64,000 bases of DNA, taken from positions 62,001 through 126,000 of the forward strand of contig DF237028.1 in NCBI GenBank assembly GCA_000708835.1. The letters run 5' to 3'. The DNA is from Klebsormidium nitens. Lineage: Eukaryota; Plantae; Klebsormidiophyceae. The stretch's first letter is position 1. Every line of letters starts with the position of its first letter. A model generated the notes under the pieces. It searched no databases. It saw nothing but the letters and a program-made list of their open reading frames with translations, and had not been told where the DNA came from. The position numbers and the translations under genes are program-made. Shown here piece by piece: positions 13,864-25,871 of the stretch.

Positions 13864-16800
13864 ATGCGGAGGCCTTCAAGATTCACTCATGGGAGCCGGC
13901 AATCCAGATCGGTCCAGCTCTGCCGAGTCACCACGCTGGTCGTTGGCTTGCTCGTTTGCGGCATCTATGCCCGGTTTTTGTGGCCTTCTTCCACTGAAAG
14001 GTAAGGTAGTCCAATCCTGAACATGAGCTGACCTTTAAGATAGAGTCAACCATGGTCTGAGGAGGTTTTGTGTTGGATACATAGGCGAAGACTTTCCGTA
14101 CATGAGGCATCAGAAAGGTGCCGTGAACAAACTCGGCGTGGTTCACTGCCCCCGCAATCTGGGCAAGTTCTGCACTTTTCAGAGCCAAGTGGTAGTCTAA
14201 GCCTTTGTCTTGCTGTTCAGGGAGGATGCTGACCACGACATCCGGACAGAAATGACTGAGAGCAACGTCTCAGCCGAGAAGATCCAGAGTAGGTCTACAT
14301 TGCCCTATCTGACTCCCCTGTTCTGGAGAGAGTCGGTCTGCGGTCAAGCTGCTGTCCACCTTCACTCTTAATGCGCCCACGGTCTTCTCAAGTCTGAGCT
14401 GATTGGATCACCCGCTTGAGGCTTGCACAGTCCTGGCAAAGCGCACTAATGCAGGTTTTAAGTGGGGTGAGGTGCTCGGCAGGACAGATGCAATGATGTG
14501 TGGTTCTTGACAGCGTGTCATTGCAAAGGTGATGGCTTGGTTGACAACCTGCAGAAAAAGTTTTTCTTTCCCCCTTCCCAGCGCCCCAGCAGAAGCTGTG
14601 GTTGACGATTGGGATTCCCACGGTGCCGCGGCGTAATGACATTGACTACCTAATGACGTGAGTCAATCAAATCTACGTCTCTTCCAGCCTCCATTTGTTG
14701 CCTGTTTCATTCGCGGTCCCGGCGCACCCTTTCGCAGCGATCTAGTCCTGCAAGATTGGTTCGGGGGCCTTCAGGTATTGTTCGTCTTCTGTGCAGCACG
14801 GTGGAAGCCTTGCTGCAGGAGCTTCCTTCAACATTGGACGCCCCGCTGTATGCCAAGGTGACCCCGCACAGCGCTCCCATCCTGAGTGGCCTTGTCTTGC
14901 TATGCCGGGGTGCTGGCCACGGCCGCAATTGAGGAATTTTTGGACACTGCACGAAATCTTTTCACTACGTTGCGTCCGAACTTGGTCGGGGTGGCTGTTC
15001 TCTGCTTAGTGGCCAGTCCGAGACTGTTCTTATTCTGAGAATCCGCAGTGATGGTCGTCAGACAAATGATCAGGCCAGATTTTCCGCAGTACCCGTGGAT
15101 CACGGAATCCTTTCACAACTGATTTTAGCTCGCTCCTTTTTGCAGGTTCGAGTGATTGTTATGAACAACAAGAAGGGCAAGCACGTTGTGTTCGAAAGAG
15201 CCAAGACGCGGTACCAGAACGCGGGCACTGATGTGCTCCTTTCCCGTGCCATTGCGGCATCCCACATTGAGTTCGTCGACAACCCGGGAGACTTCGTAGA
15301 TCCGTGAGCAGCTGGCCAGCCTTATCAGGTTTTCTCTTTGGGAGCACTTGCGGCAGATTCTAGTGCAAGGAGGAGGACCGCTCTCTACTCGCAGTTTGAC
15401 GTTCCCCCCGACCAGTCGTTCCGGGTCGTCAATGAGGAATGCACAGGATCAAGTTTTGTTCATGAACTCCTGGAGCGAGACTCCATCGCGATGTAGAAAG
15501 TCGAAGTCGGCCGCGCTCAAGCCTATGCTCTAAACTCGCCAGTGCACCTCCGAACTAAATCATTGTCGAACTTCAGTCACAGCTTGTGCCGTTTTGAAGC
15601 TCGAATTCCATTGCTCCATTCCCCACTGTTTAAACGGGTAAAACTTGAAGGTGTGGATGTGCATCTCGTTTCGAACTCACGACGCTCCGGTTTTGCAGCT
15701 TCAAGGGAAAGATCGAAGAGCCAGACGACCTCAACAACCCGTCCTCCCGGCCTGGCAGGTGAAACAACCAGATAATCTTTCTGACACATTTTTTTTCCCT
15801 TTTTGGGGATGTTCAGATGCTCGCAAAAAGTCCCTGCGAAGTTGCACAGGTGTGCATCCATATTCAGGACTGAGACGGAGTTGCAGACATGCTTGCAACC
15901 CACCAGGACCAAATGCGATTTCAGTCTTCGACCCCCGTGAATTTTGAGTCGACTGGTTGCTCGGCATTGCTTTCCAATCGAAGCTTCTGACACCTGGAGT
16001 TTCGTTGAAGTTGCGAACCCGGACCTGTCTTCATTGCGCAGTGCGGTGCGGCAGCAGACATGCGACCTGATCACGCTTATGGAGGAGGCGCTTCGGAGAC
16101 CCTCCGACTATTACATGTTTATGGAGGTGAGGGACGACGGGCTCTATGATGGAACGTTTAGAAAACTAAACGGGATGGATGGGAGGTATGTTTTCGGAGA
16201 CCCTCCGACTATTACATGTTTATGGAGGTGAGGGACGACGGGCTCTATTATAGAACGTTTAGAAAACTAAACGGGATGGATGGGAGGTATNNNNNNNNNN
16301 NNNNNNNNNNNNNNNNNNNNNNNNNNNNNNNNNNNNNNNNNNNNNNNNNNNNNNNNNNNNNNNNNNNNNNNNNNNNNNNNNNNNNNNNNNNNNNNNNNNN
16401 NNNNNNNNNNNNNNNNNNNNNNNNNNNNNNNNNNNNNNNNNNNNNNNNNNNNNNNNNNNNNNNNNNNNNNNNNNNNNNNNNNNNNNNNNNNNNNNNNNNN
16501 NNNNNNNNNNNNNNNNNNNNNNNNNNNNNNNNNNNNNNNNNNNNNNNNNNNNNNNNNNNNNNNNNNNNNNNNNNNNNNNNNNNNNNNNNNNNNNNNNNNN
16601 NNNNNNNNNNNNNNNNNNNNNNNNNNNNNNNNNNNNNNNNNNNNNNNNNNNNNNNNNNNNNGTTTCTGCCAGCCGTTTGCAAGGTCACTTTGTGGCGAAC
16701 TAACTCTTCGTGACCAGATTGGTGGCCCGCAATGGTGGATTTGAAAGCCGACAGGACCGGGGGCTTTTCGATTGCTTGGATGAGTCTGGGGGCGTTATTC

Positions 16801-19367
16801 ATAGTGTGATTGCTGATTGCAGGACGATTTCCGGACGTGTGGAAAGGCTCTAGAGGCGACGAAGTACGCCATTGGGCTCGCCACGGAGGTAAGGCACGGA
16901 AGTTCCCTTAGTATACAGATTGCCTTCTCAAGGCGCACTTGAATTTAGCGTGTCTTAGAGGAGGTAATGCAGTCGCTACACTGAGTACTTTGAAGAATCT
17001 TCAACAGCCTCTACGCCACCTTACTGTCCATTGAGTCCCACGACCATCAGCTTGTGTGATCTTCCGCTAGTTATTCCTTGAGGATAAAAAAGCTGGTGGA
17101 TTGGCGCCGCGTTTGTTGGAGGTGGCGTCGGTGATGCGAAAAAGCGGTTTGACGATGTGGATAGTGCTGCTCTGCGTTGGCTGCTTCTCCACACGAGTGT
17201 GTCACCAATTGCGATGTCCACACCGTTCCGTATATCAGGTCTCCGGTTGGACCCTCCTGTTGCTCAGTGTCAGAGTTCATTGGCACAAACCGTGCAGCCG
17301 CATCCCTTCTATACCGCGTCACCGTCATCGTTCATGAGTCGCGCGGACGCGCATGCACAAAAGCCGTGGTTCTCACAGCCGTTTCAGGGCGGTGTGGTTG
17401 GAAATCAGATGCAGTTTCGGTCCTTGTTTTCCATATCGCAGGAGTTTGTGAAGACAGGACTGCCTCAACAGAGATCGACAAACTTGCAGCTCCTCAGTGC
17501 TGCAATGCGGGTGTGGGAATGGATGAATCTTTCCCAAGTCCTTACCTCTTGGCCACCGCGTCCGCATGCCGATCCGTCGCTTCTGCTGTTCCCCAGATGA
17601 GCCCCAGCTGGCTGGCTATGCGCGTGTCGTACGGCATGAACGGCATTGTGATGCGGTCGCGGGACCTGCCGCCCTTCTCCGACTTCCTGCGGGAGCACCT
17701 GGCGCGCCTGCCGCCTGATCTCCTCTGGACGGTGAGCGCACCGTATCTAGCACGCGCTGCCTCGTCAATCGTCATTATCGTTCTTCGTCGTTCTCGTGCT
17801 TTGTCTTTCAGTGAACTTACGACAGCAAGGTAGACCGTAAAAGCTTTGGATGGGCTCTGTAAGCTTGCGCTTGGCTAGATGGTCTCTTTCGAAGTTGGGT
17901 TGGAGTATCAGACACTGCAGGCAGATTACATGGCAACATCGAGTGGAGCATGGTGATAACTGCAAGAGTTGCAACCTTTGTACACGTGAGATGCGGCAAG
18001 GATTGCTTGTCAAGTGATCCCAAAGATCGTAAACCCATGGCGCGTCCAAACCCGGGACCCAGGTGGACAGCCCAGAGTGGGACGGTGCTCGCGGCTCTGT
18101 ATCTCGGATTGAAAAGTGGTGCCCGACCTTCTCTTTGCAAACTGGGGGTAAATGCGTGATCTGTGTGCTAGATTGCCTTAGCAGCTATAAGGCTAGGATG
18201 ATTTCCGAATGTCCTGCTGACGTCGGCCACTTCGGAACGCTGCTTCCCATTCCGGGCAAAACTCTCCGAGAGTCAACTTGTTACAAGCGTTATTCAGCTG
18301 TCTTCTTTGTCACGCCCCCCGCTGTTGTGCAGGGTTACCTGGACGGGCGCACGTACGACAAGCCCGAGGAGGACACGCGCGTGAACCGGGGCCCGCTCAT
18401 GGTGTTCAAGCACAACCTGTTTGACCACATCGGGACGGTCTCCTCGTTCGAAGTGCGACCAGACCGGCCGAAGTGGTGAGGCGCCCGTTCCTCAAGCAAC
18501 AGAACACTTTTGAAGTGGACGGAGGCTGGTCGTACGTGGTTCTCCGTTTCGAATTCGGACGGGTTTGTAAGACGCGGGCGTCCTTTGCGGGGATGTTTCT
18601 TCCAGTCCTTTGGTAGCCCGGATGGAGGCCATTCACAAGCCGCTGCGTGGATCACCCACGCTTTTCGTCTACTTTTGTACTACTACTTACTGCCACTGAC
18701 TTTGAAAGCCTTGGATCCACTACGACAGCAGATGACGGGAAGTGAAAACGACTGTTAGGTTGAAACTGCAAAGAAATCGTTCCAAGGTGGAAACTGTGCT
18801 CCTTCTACGAGAAGCGATTGATTAATTGAGCAGGTCACAAGATAGCCTACCTGCGGCACGAGGGTTGCCCAACGGGCTTCAACCATGAACGGTTCCATCT
18901 TGAACGTGCTCGGAGATGGAACGGCTGTAAATTATATTTGGGGTGTCCCAATCGGTCACTTCGCTGCCTGCGATATCCCTCTTGACGTTGCAAGTTTGAC
19001 GTGCTCTCGTCTCTCTGACCGGCCAGCGGTCAGAATCACATGTGGCCGAAATCTCCGGAGAGCAGGTTAGTTGTACGTGTCTACCCCTCGATGAACGGGT
19101 TACCGACCTCAGGCTCAGCACTTCTGTTATTGAGTACCTCGGCTGCCCACTCAATCACCTTTCCAGCTCTTTTGTCGTCCTGACTCATCCTGTTGCACTC
19201 GCAGGCCGGGTTGTTACGAGTCTATGGCAAACGTCTGGTCGTTGCAAGAGCACGAGCGATTCGATCCACGGTGCGACGAGTTTGACGTCTCCCCGTGCAT
19301 CGGATTGACCACGGACTCAAAGGCCGCTCTGATATACAAGGGCGGGCATTCTTTCCAGCCTCCTTAA
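13864..19367 (+). CDS. GT54/MGAT4 (GnT-IV)-like type II membrane glycosyltransferase, 11 exons, about 383 aa
   Basis: Exons 13864-14000, 14221-14288, 14582-14657, 14797-14857, 15146-15303, 15699-15758, 16042-16126, 16823-16888, 17597-17731, 18333-18475 and 19205-19367 sum to 1152 nt with consistent phases. N-terminal TM segment TTLVVGLLVCGIYARFLW. Motifs LTIGIPTVPRR..DYL, VRQQTCDL, DYYMFMEDDF, WLAMRVSYGMNG..DLP..FL..H..PPD and HNLFDHIGTVSS parallel MGAT4 motifs. Confidence 0.8.
16092..16290 (+). repeat. 101-bp tandem repeat running into an assembly gap
   Basis: Unit TTCGGAGACCCTCCGACTATTACATG...GGGAGGTAT starts at 16092 and again at 16193. The second copy is cut by the N-run. Confidence 0.9.
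16291..16661. other. Assembly gap (N-run) inside intron 7 of the GT54-like gene
   Basis: Run of N characters. Confidence 1.
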
Positions 19368-19989
19368 GCTTGTCGACCTTTAGTCGAGAAATGAGCACAC
19401 GCTATCCGCAGATTCGCAAGAGGATATCAGGGGGTTTGCCCCTAGTCAGATACTTGGTTGAGAGCTCGGTTGATCAATTCGATCAATTATTGCAGCCTCA
19501 TCGGTTCTTTGCGCAATCGTCAGGTTAACTGCTAAGTCTTTCAGTTTACTGCGGGCTTCTATGAACATACGTAAGTTCCCCTCGCTCTCGAATCCGTCAA
19601 AGTCAGTTGCCTGATTGGACTTGTTGACTTGGTAGATCCCTGCAGTTGAACTGACGTTCCATAAAATGGGGAAAGCTAGAGCTATAGCCAATTGCTCGGA
19701 CCAAAAAAAAGCGATCTCAAAATCAGAGAGCTTATGTACGCCACCGGACGATTGAATATGAATGGCAGAGCCAATACTGCTAGCTAGTCACGAGCAATCT
19801 AAGACATGCAGTTACAGCCGCTAGTTCAAAATCGACAACATAAGATCATCGAATGTGTGCGTCAGGGGAAGCCTATCGGGCGCTGGCCGTGCACTGGCTA
19901 CCGTCAGCCTTACTACGATCAGCCTGGGCCCGTAATAGCATCGCAATCGATTCAGTCGCATCATGGTCTTACTTCACTGGACCATGGTT

Positions 19990-20700
19990 GAGCAGTTGCC
20001 AGGAGCTAGGTTTGGACTAATGTAGCACACGAAGATTTGGGAGGGTATAGATAGGCTTACAGAACGCAAACATTTATGACCATGTATGCCATGGCAGCCT
20101 ATGGCCCATGTGACTACGGCGTTTGAAAAGAGAACATCATAGCATGCCACTCGTGATCGATCGACCCATAAAGGACCGTCCGTCCTGAATGATTGCCTCA
20201 CTTGATCGGTTTATCTATTGGTGCATGTATGCATGCAACATGGGTTGGATGCCTGAAACTGATCGCGCGCGCTCATGTGCATATCATGCAAGTATGTCGC
20301 TAGCAGTGCACTGAAGCTGCTGGCGCACGATTGCATATGCCTGTAGCTAGCCCCGTATGCAATGATATAGCGGGCGCGCATCACATGCTGGCGGCACTGA
20401 TGCATGCAGTTGGATATGACATGGTGCATATGGACAAGGTGCCGGATACACTATGCCGCGGTGGCTATTTCAAGCTAAATGGTGGCTATATCACTGATCG
20501 ATCGGTGCTATTAAATTTTCAATTCAAAATGGTGAGCTAGCTAGAGTATCATGCAACCCGCATAAAGACATATGAATGCAGTCCACGCCTCTTCAAACCG
20601 ACATGCCAGCAGCCTTCAATGTATTCCACGGAATCATGCAACCGACCATGATACAAGGCCAAGCTAAGAAGCATCATGTGCCTTGTTGGAAAAGCTATCT
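19990..20700. repeat. Second locus of the degenerate dispersed repeat family, CATG/TGCA-rich
   Basis: 20080-20141 matches the 9.7-10.4 kb fragments. The shared short motifs CATAAAGACAT, AGCCTTCAAT and CTAGGTTTGGACTA also recur. Confidence 0.65.
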
Positions 20701-20818
20701 GAAAGTACACGTCAGGCGGAGACGCGTTGAGCTCTACATCTTCAGATTTACGCAAGATAGTAGAATTGCTTCATTAAAATGGTTGAACAGCTTCCGAGAT
20801 ATACATTGGCCAGGTCGT

Positions 20819-22278
20819 CTAAATTCCGCACGCGCATGCTACTCTTTGCAGAGCGCTCCGCATGCCCGTGCTCATGGAACGCATCTGACTCGTTGCTGCC
20901 CCCTGGGCGGCAACACGGCTAGCAGACCTGACAGAGCACAACCCACTGGATGACTGCAACCTGAACGCAGGCTTGGCAGCAACAGCGGTGCCCCTGAAGG
21001 AAGAGCCGAAAGACTCCACGATGAGTGCCTCAACTCTAGGTGCGGGGATGGAGCGGGAGGCTGGAGGAGATGCGAGCGACGCGGATGCCTTGTTGCTCCT
21101 CTTCTTCTTGTCCCCCTCCTTCTTTTTGCGGCTCCCGTAGTAGGGCTCCTCCGTTTTGTTGAAATCGACCATGGGGAGAATGCCAATCTGACGGAGGAGG
21201 CTGTGGACAGTGTCCGTGGGCTGGGCCCCGCAGTCCAGCCAGTGCCTGGTGTGCAGGAAGCAGAACAAATGTGAGCGTCAACAGATGTGACTCCAAGAAA
21301 CCATACCAGCTATACAAGATTAGAGGCGCAAGCATGAGCTATGAAGTCGCTGCGAGCAGGATTATTGTCTGATATTTGTGCAAAAGCTGAGGGTGCCCAC
21401 ACGGTCGAGAATAGTGCATTTGCAATACTGGGGCCGCAAAAAGCATTTTCTAGTGTCTTGCAATCAGGTCAAAGCATGTAAGTACACATTCCTGGCTCCT
21501 CTAAGGCTCAACCAGGTGGTGGACTTGATACCTGGTACGGAAAGCACTCCAACGGTCTACAGAAGCCGCCAATGAAATTTGGTAGACGCCCGATTCGTGA
21601 GCCAAACAATTCTTGCCCCTAGTTGACTCCTTTCCCGCTCAGGAAGAATCCAGAGGGAGGAAGTGGAGCCGTAAGCTCCTGGACCGGTGAAAGAGCCAGG
21701 GAACAAGTGAACTCACTGGATGCGCTCCGCCTTCACATTGATCGTGTGGTTCATGCCCGGCCGTCCTGAGAGAACAGGACACTCAAATTCGAGGCGTCGT
21801 TAGCATCAAAGCGGTCACAGGACTCCAACTTACTATGTACATATTGCTCGATTGTTGACAACATGAGAATGCAGCCTCCATAGTAAGTGGCGTCATTCCA
21901 TCCCGCACCTTTGTTGATGACTAGTGGTGTGGTACAGAAGTGGCATCACGGATGTTCTGAGTCGTGGACCCGTCCTAGATGCACCTCTCAAGCAAGCTTC
22001 TGAGCAGACATGGTGGCATTGTAAAGCAGCCAACTTAGCACCAAAGCAGGCAAGAGAAAGCACACTAGGTCTTGGAAAACTTCCAAGCTAGTTAAGCCAC
22101 ACTTTGCAACAAACAAGCTTTGTAACTGGTGGTACGTCAGCTCACCAGCTTTTGGGTCATACTGCCCCAGAATCTCGATGAATGCGCCATCGCGAGGAGC
22201 TTTTGAGTCCGCAGCAACGAGGCGGTAAATGGGCAAGCGAATCCTGCCCTTCCGCTGCAAGCGTATCTTGACAGCCAT
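20819..22278 (-). CDS. RPS16: Organellar (bacterial-type) ribosomal protein S16 with long C-terminal extension, 3 exons
   Basis: Exons 22278-22146, 21765-21717 and 21245-20819 join in frame: [42 protein letters not shown]...[21 protein letters not shown]. Confidence 0.93.
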
Positions 22279-22559
22279 GGCCTTACGTCAGCTGTACCCC
22301 GCAGCAGACTACTGATCACCTGTTCTAAGCATCCCGCGCTCGCCTTGCCGCTCTCAAGACTCCTTGAAGGGGGCTCATCGGAGAGAGCGTTTGGAGATCT
22401 GAATAATCTGATTGGCTACTTGGCGCCATGCTTAAACAACGACTGCACCGCAGGTTCGAGTATGTATGCTGTGTCAATAGTAAGCGAACACGCAGACTGG
22501 ATCATGCCCCGGTCGTCTTACGGCGGCCCTCACAGGCTCGAACTATATCTGTAGCCACT

Positions 22560-22730
22560 GCTCGGTGGTTCGAACCCCCCCCCGCCCCCCCCCTCTAAAG
22601 TGTCTATGTATCTACCGGGCCCGTTTTGAATCATCCCGGTCGTCATGCAGCGGCATCCTCAGATTCGCACAGAACTGCAGCTAGTGCCCGGTGGCTAGAC
22701 CCCCCCCGCCCCCCCTCTCAATGTGTCCAC
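22560..22730. repeat. Two direct copies of a C-tract motif (probable TE remnant)
   Basis: CGGTGGTTCGAA-C-tract-G-C-tract-TCTAAAGTGTC at about 22563 and CGGTGGCTAGA-C-tract-G-C-tract-TCTCAATGTGTC at about 22689. Confidence 0.6.
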
Positions 22731-25700
22731 CACGGTGATATCACTTTCACACAGCCGCAGGATGATTCAATGGGGATTCAATTGATTTTGAAGCCGTCTC
22801 AGCCGTCGATATCTAGCTTTGGCACCCTCATCGCCACCCAAATCTCTTGAGAACAGTGGACAGCCGTCGACTGTTTGAATCTGTGGACTGGGACCGTCGA
22901 TGTGGGTGACTCCAACCAAAATATCCAGAATATCCGATCTCCAACTTGTATTGCAGCCTGAGCTCTTCATTCCTCTTCAACTTGCTGATCCTGACAAAGA
23001 ACCCATTGGCGTTACAATCATGTCAAGAGCGCCATGAGCCTAGCCATATCCAAAATTCAGATCACCACCTTCACAAGTGCGCACAGCCGGCGGCCAGCCG
23101 TTCTCCCTAGGCACTTCCCGAAATCCTCCGATCCTCCGGATTTGCAATAAGAGCCGCCCATCTTTGCCAAAGGATAGAAGGATTTGAGACCAAGTCTCCA
23201 AGTCTATGCCTCGGTTTTGCCCAACGGTTCTGCCTGCCAAGCTTTGATCAGGATCTCGCGCATTCAAGCGCACTTGGCTGCTTGCCACGGGCCAACCCGG
23301 CTATTACTTTGCAGGACCTCAGCCCTTGAGCCAACAGGTAAACATGAGACATTTCCCACACTTACTTTTTCATTGGGTCTGAGTTCTGTACGAACGGCCT
23401 CAAATTTCAAGCTCTTTCAAGATAACCTGCTTCGAAACTACGTCTGCAAAAGTAGACTGACTGTTGCTAAGGATTGGATCACTGGATATGTTGACTTACA
23501 ATGATCTTTCAGTCTTTTGGCGGCGGCTCATTTCCACAATGTTCTCAACGATGAAGCATTGTAACTTCTTTAAACTAAAGCACTTGACAACTTACAAAGA
23601 CAATGCATGACAGTGTGGCAACGTGTCTTTCGTGCCAGGCTGTAATTCATAGTCAGCATTTCAAAGTTTTTGGCTGCAAACATTCTTCCTTTTGTGTCAG
23701 TATCACATTATATTTCAGGGCAACGACCGATATGATCTGATTGGAACTGTATCTGCTTCAAAGACATGTTTTCCAGGTGCAGTTAACAGTCGCCTTCATT
23801 GAAGGGACTCGCTGTTTCCAGCTTACACTTCGCAACCTCTGCTTCGTGTCAAATGCGACCGCATGTTTCAAATTTTGCTTGTGCCACAGGCGCAGCAAAG
23901 ACTCTGCACAGTTCTCAAGCAGCCTTACAGCACACGCTGCCAACGCGTCCACTCTTCGCCGCCAACACATGTGTCAAACCACAGTGCCCAGTCGCGTTGT
24001 ATCATCCCTCTATTGTGCACCTTGATGGCGAGTCAGCACAATCACTCTTGACCAAAACAGATGATCTCTCAACTTCTACCAAACGACCATCAGTTCCAGC
24101 TTATGTTGTCTTTACTATGCAAACAAAGCTAAGCTCAGAGCAGATTCATGTGTCTTTGGACTACTTGAAGGCACGGTGCCTCAATTGACCACACATCTTG
24201 TTACTTTAGTATGATTCTTGAATGAGACAATGAACTTGCGCCAGGCAGTTCTCAATGCCAATGGTGGTCTGAAAAGCTTCAACCTCATTAGCCTCACGCT
24301 CTCATGTTGGATTCCCATCAAATCCGCTTGTATAAATCCCCCCAGATTGCATTTCAGAATCCCTTGAGCACATGAGGTTTCGGATGGCCAACTTCTGCAT
24401 AGTACAATTTTTCGGTTCTACAACAATCGCAATGTCCTTATCGTTTTGAAATTGCCGCACTGATGTACCAGGGAACCGACCTCATTTCTGCCGACATGCA
24501 TTTCGACTATCGCAAGCATCTTAGCATATACTGCATGCCTTGAAGTGCAAACATGTTGTTGAGCTGCATCAAATGGACGCCCTCGTTTTTCAATGTCTTG
24601 CGCGGACCTGCCTAAGATATAAACCTCGAATTTATGGCAAGTGATACATCATCCTACTATCCTATGATTTTGTTGAATCCAGTAGGCCGCTCAAGCGGGA
24701 TCTAGTGTTCAAACTGGGAATGCGGTCATCCGCTAGATTGATTGCTCAAACAAGCTCAATGATATGCTGCAAAACGCACAGGGGACGCGCAGCAACTATT
24801 CTCGATCACCGTTCATACCTAGATATATGTATAATGAGTGTTGAAAACATTTTGAGACTCATAACCCTGATGCTTTGATCCGATCAGCTCAGACTTGCCA
24901 GATCGGACAAGATTTGCCGCCTCGCCGTCCAATCGAGTCCGAATGATCGCAAATGCGCAGACAAGCGCTCAGACCCGCGCTCAAAGTCCGAGTCAACTTA
25001 GCCCCCCATACTCCATGGCGGCTCCTTTTGGACTAGCTAGCGAGCTAGAAGCAATGATCATTGGGTCATTGCTTGCAAGACAAAGCCAGATCCACCAGAC
25101 CACTGCCGCAAGGCCAGCTCATCCAAAGACTGATCCAAGTTCCAGTGCTCGGCGGAACTTTTGCAGGGTACGCAGCAGGGTGCCATACCTTACATCGGAC
25201 GGCACACGTTCCCTGTTTTCGCATCGACGGTTCTCGACTGCAGTAACGCTTGTTTTGAAATTAGCCCCAGGCTCATCAGTGGGTGCGGCCGCGGCCATGG
25301 GTGCAGTACTACATATCGGACGGCTGGAAACAAAGCCATCCAAGTATCCACGGCTCGCATGCTCGCAGTCGAGCCCCCTCACTCTTGATTCCTTCAGGTT
25401 CAAGTGGTGTCTGGTCTCTGTTCTGCTGCCCTGGAATGAAACATTGAAAGGGAACCCGCGCGCAGAACGCACCCTGACTTCTTGTTTGATCGGGGGATGA
25501 CTTCGCCCCCCACAAAAGAGTTTCCCGGCGTCATGATCTACGTTCGACCCTTCGATTCATCCATCTGACGGGCTTCCTCTCGTTCAGCGCGCAGAACCTT
25601 AAGCAGCCCCCTAAGGCTAAAGGCTGAGGCTAGGTGCTAGCTTTGTGGGTGAGCTCTGTGCATTGACTCAATCAGAGAGCAGCTCGGTGGACATCGTCTT

Positions 25701-25871
25701 TCTTTGATTCTGATTAATTAGGTAGAGATCTGTTCTTTGATGGCGGGTGGTGACGGCAGGGACAGCCCTTTTGGCATACTGCTACCAAGCTGCTGACAAC
25801 GCTGGACCCTCGGAAGGTCTGTTTTAACGATGGTGTCAGCACCGGCCCAGTAACAGAGAAAAACTGGACAA

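Noticed and set aside
13928-14640. Protein-like minus-strand ORFs (MVSILPEQQDK..., VVNQAITFAM...)
   Set aside because: They overlap exons 1-3 of the plus-strand GT54-like gene, which has a fully phase-consistent model. No complete minus-strand gene could be built.
16216-16802. Long ORFs crossing N-runs (here and at 57077-58006)
   Set aside because: Artefacts of translating Ns.
22550-22585. GGTTCGAACCC looks like a Pol III B-box / tRNA T-loop
   Set aside because: No correctly spaced A-box and no cloverleaf; it is part of the C-tract repeat.
24895-25500. 201-aa plus-strand ORF
   Set aside because: Non-ATG start, no motif, overlapping ORFs of similar length on the other strand; no support as a gene.
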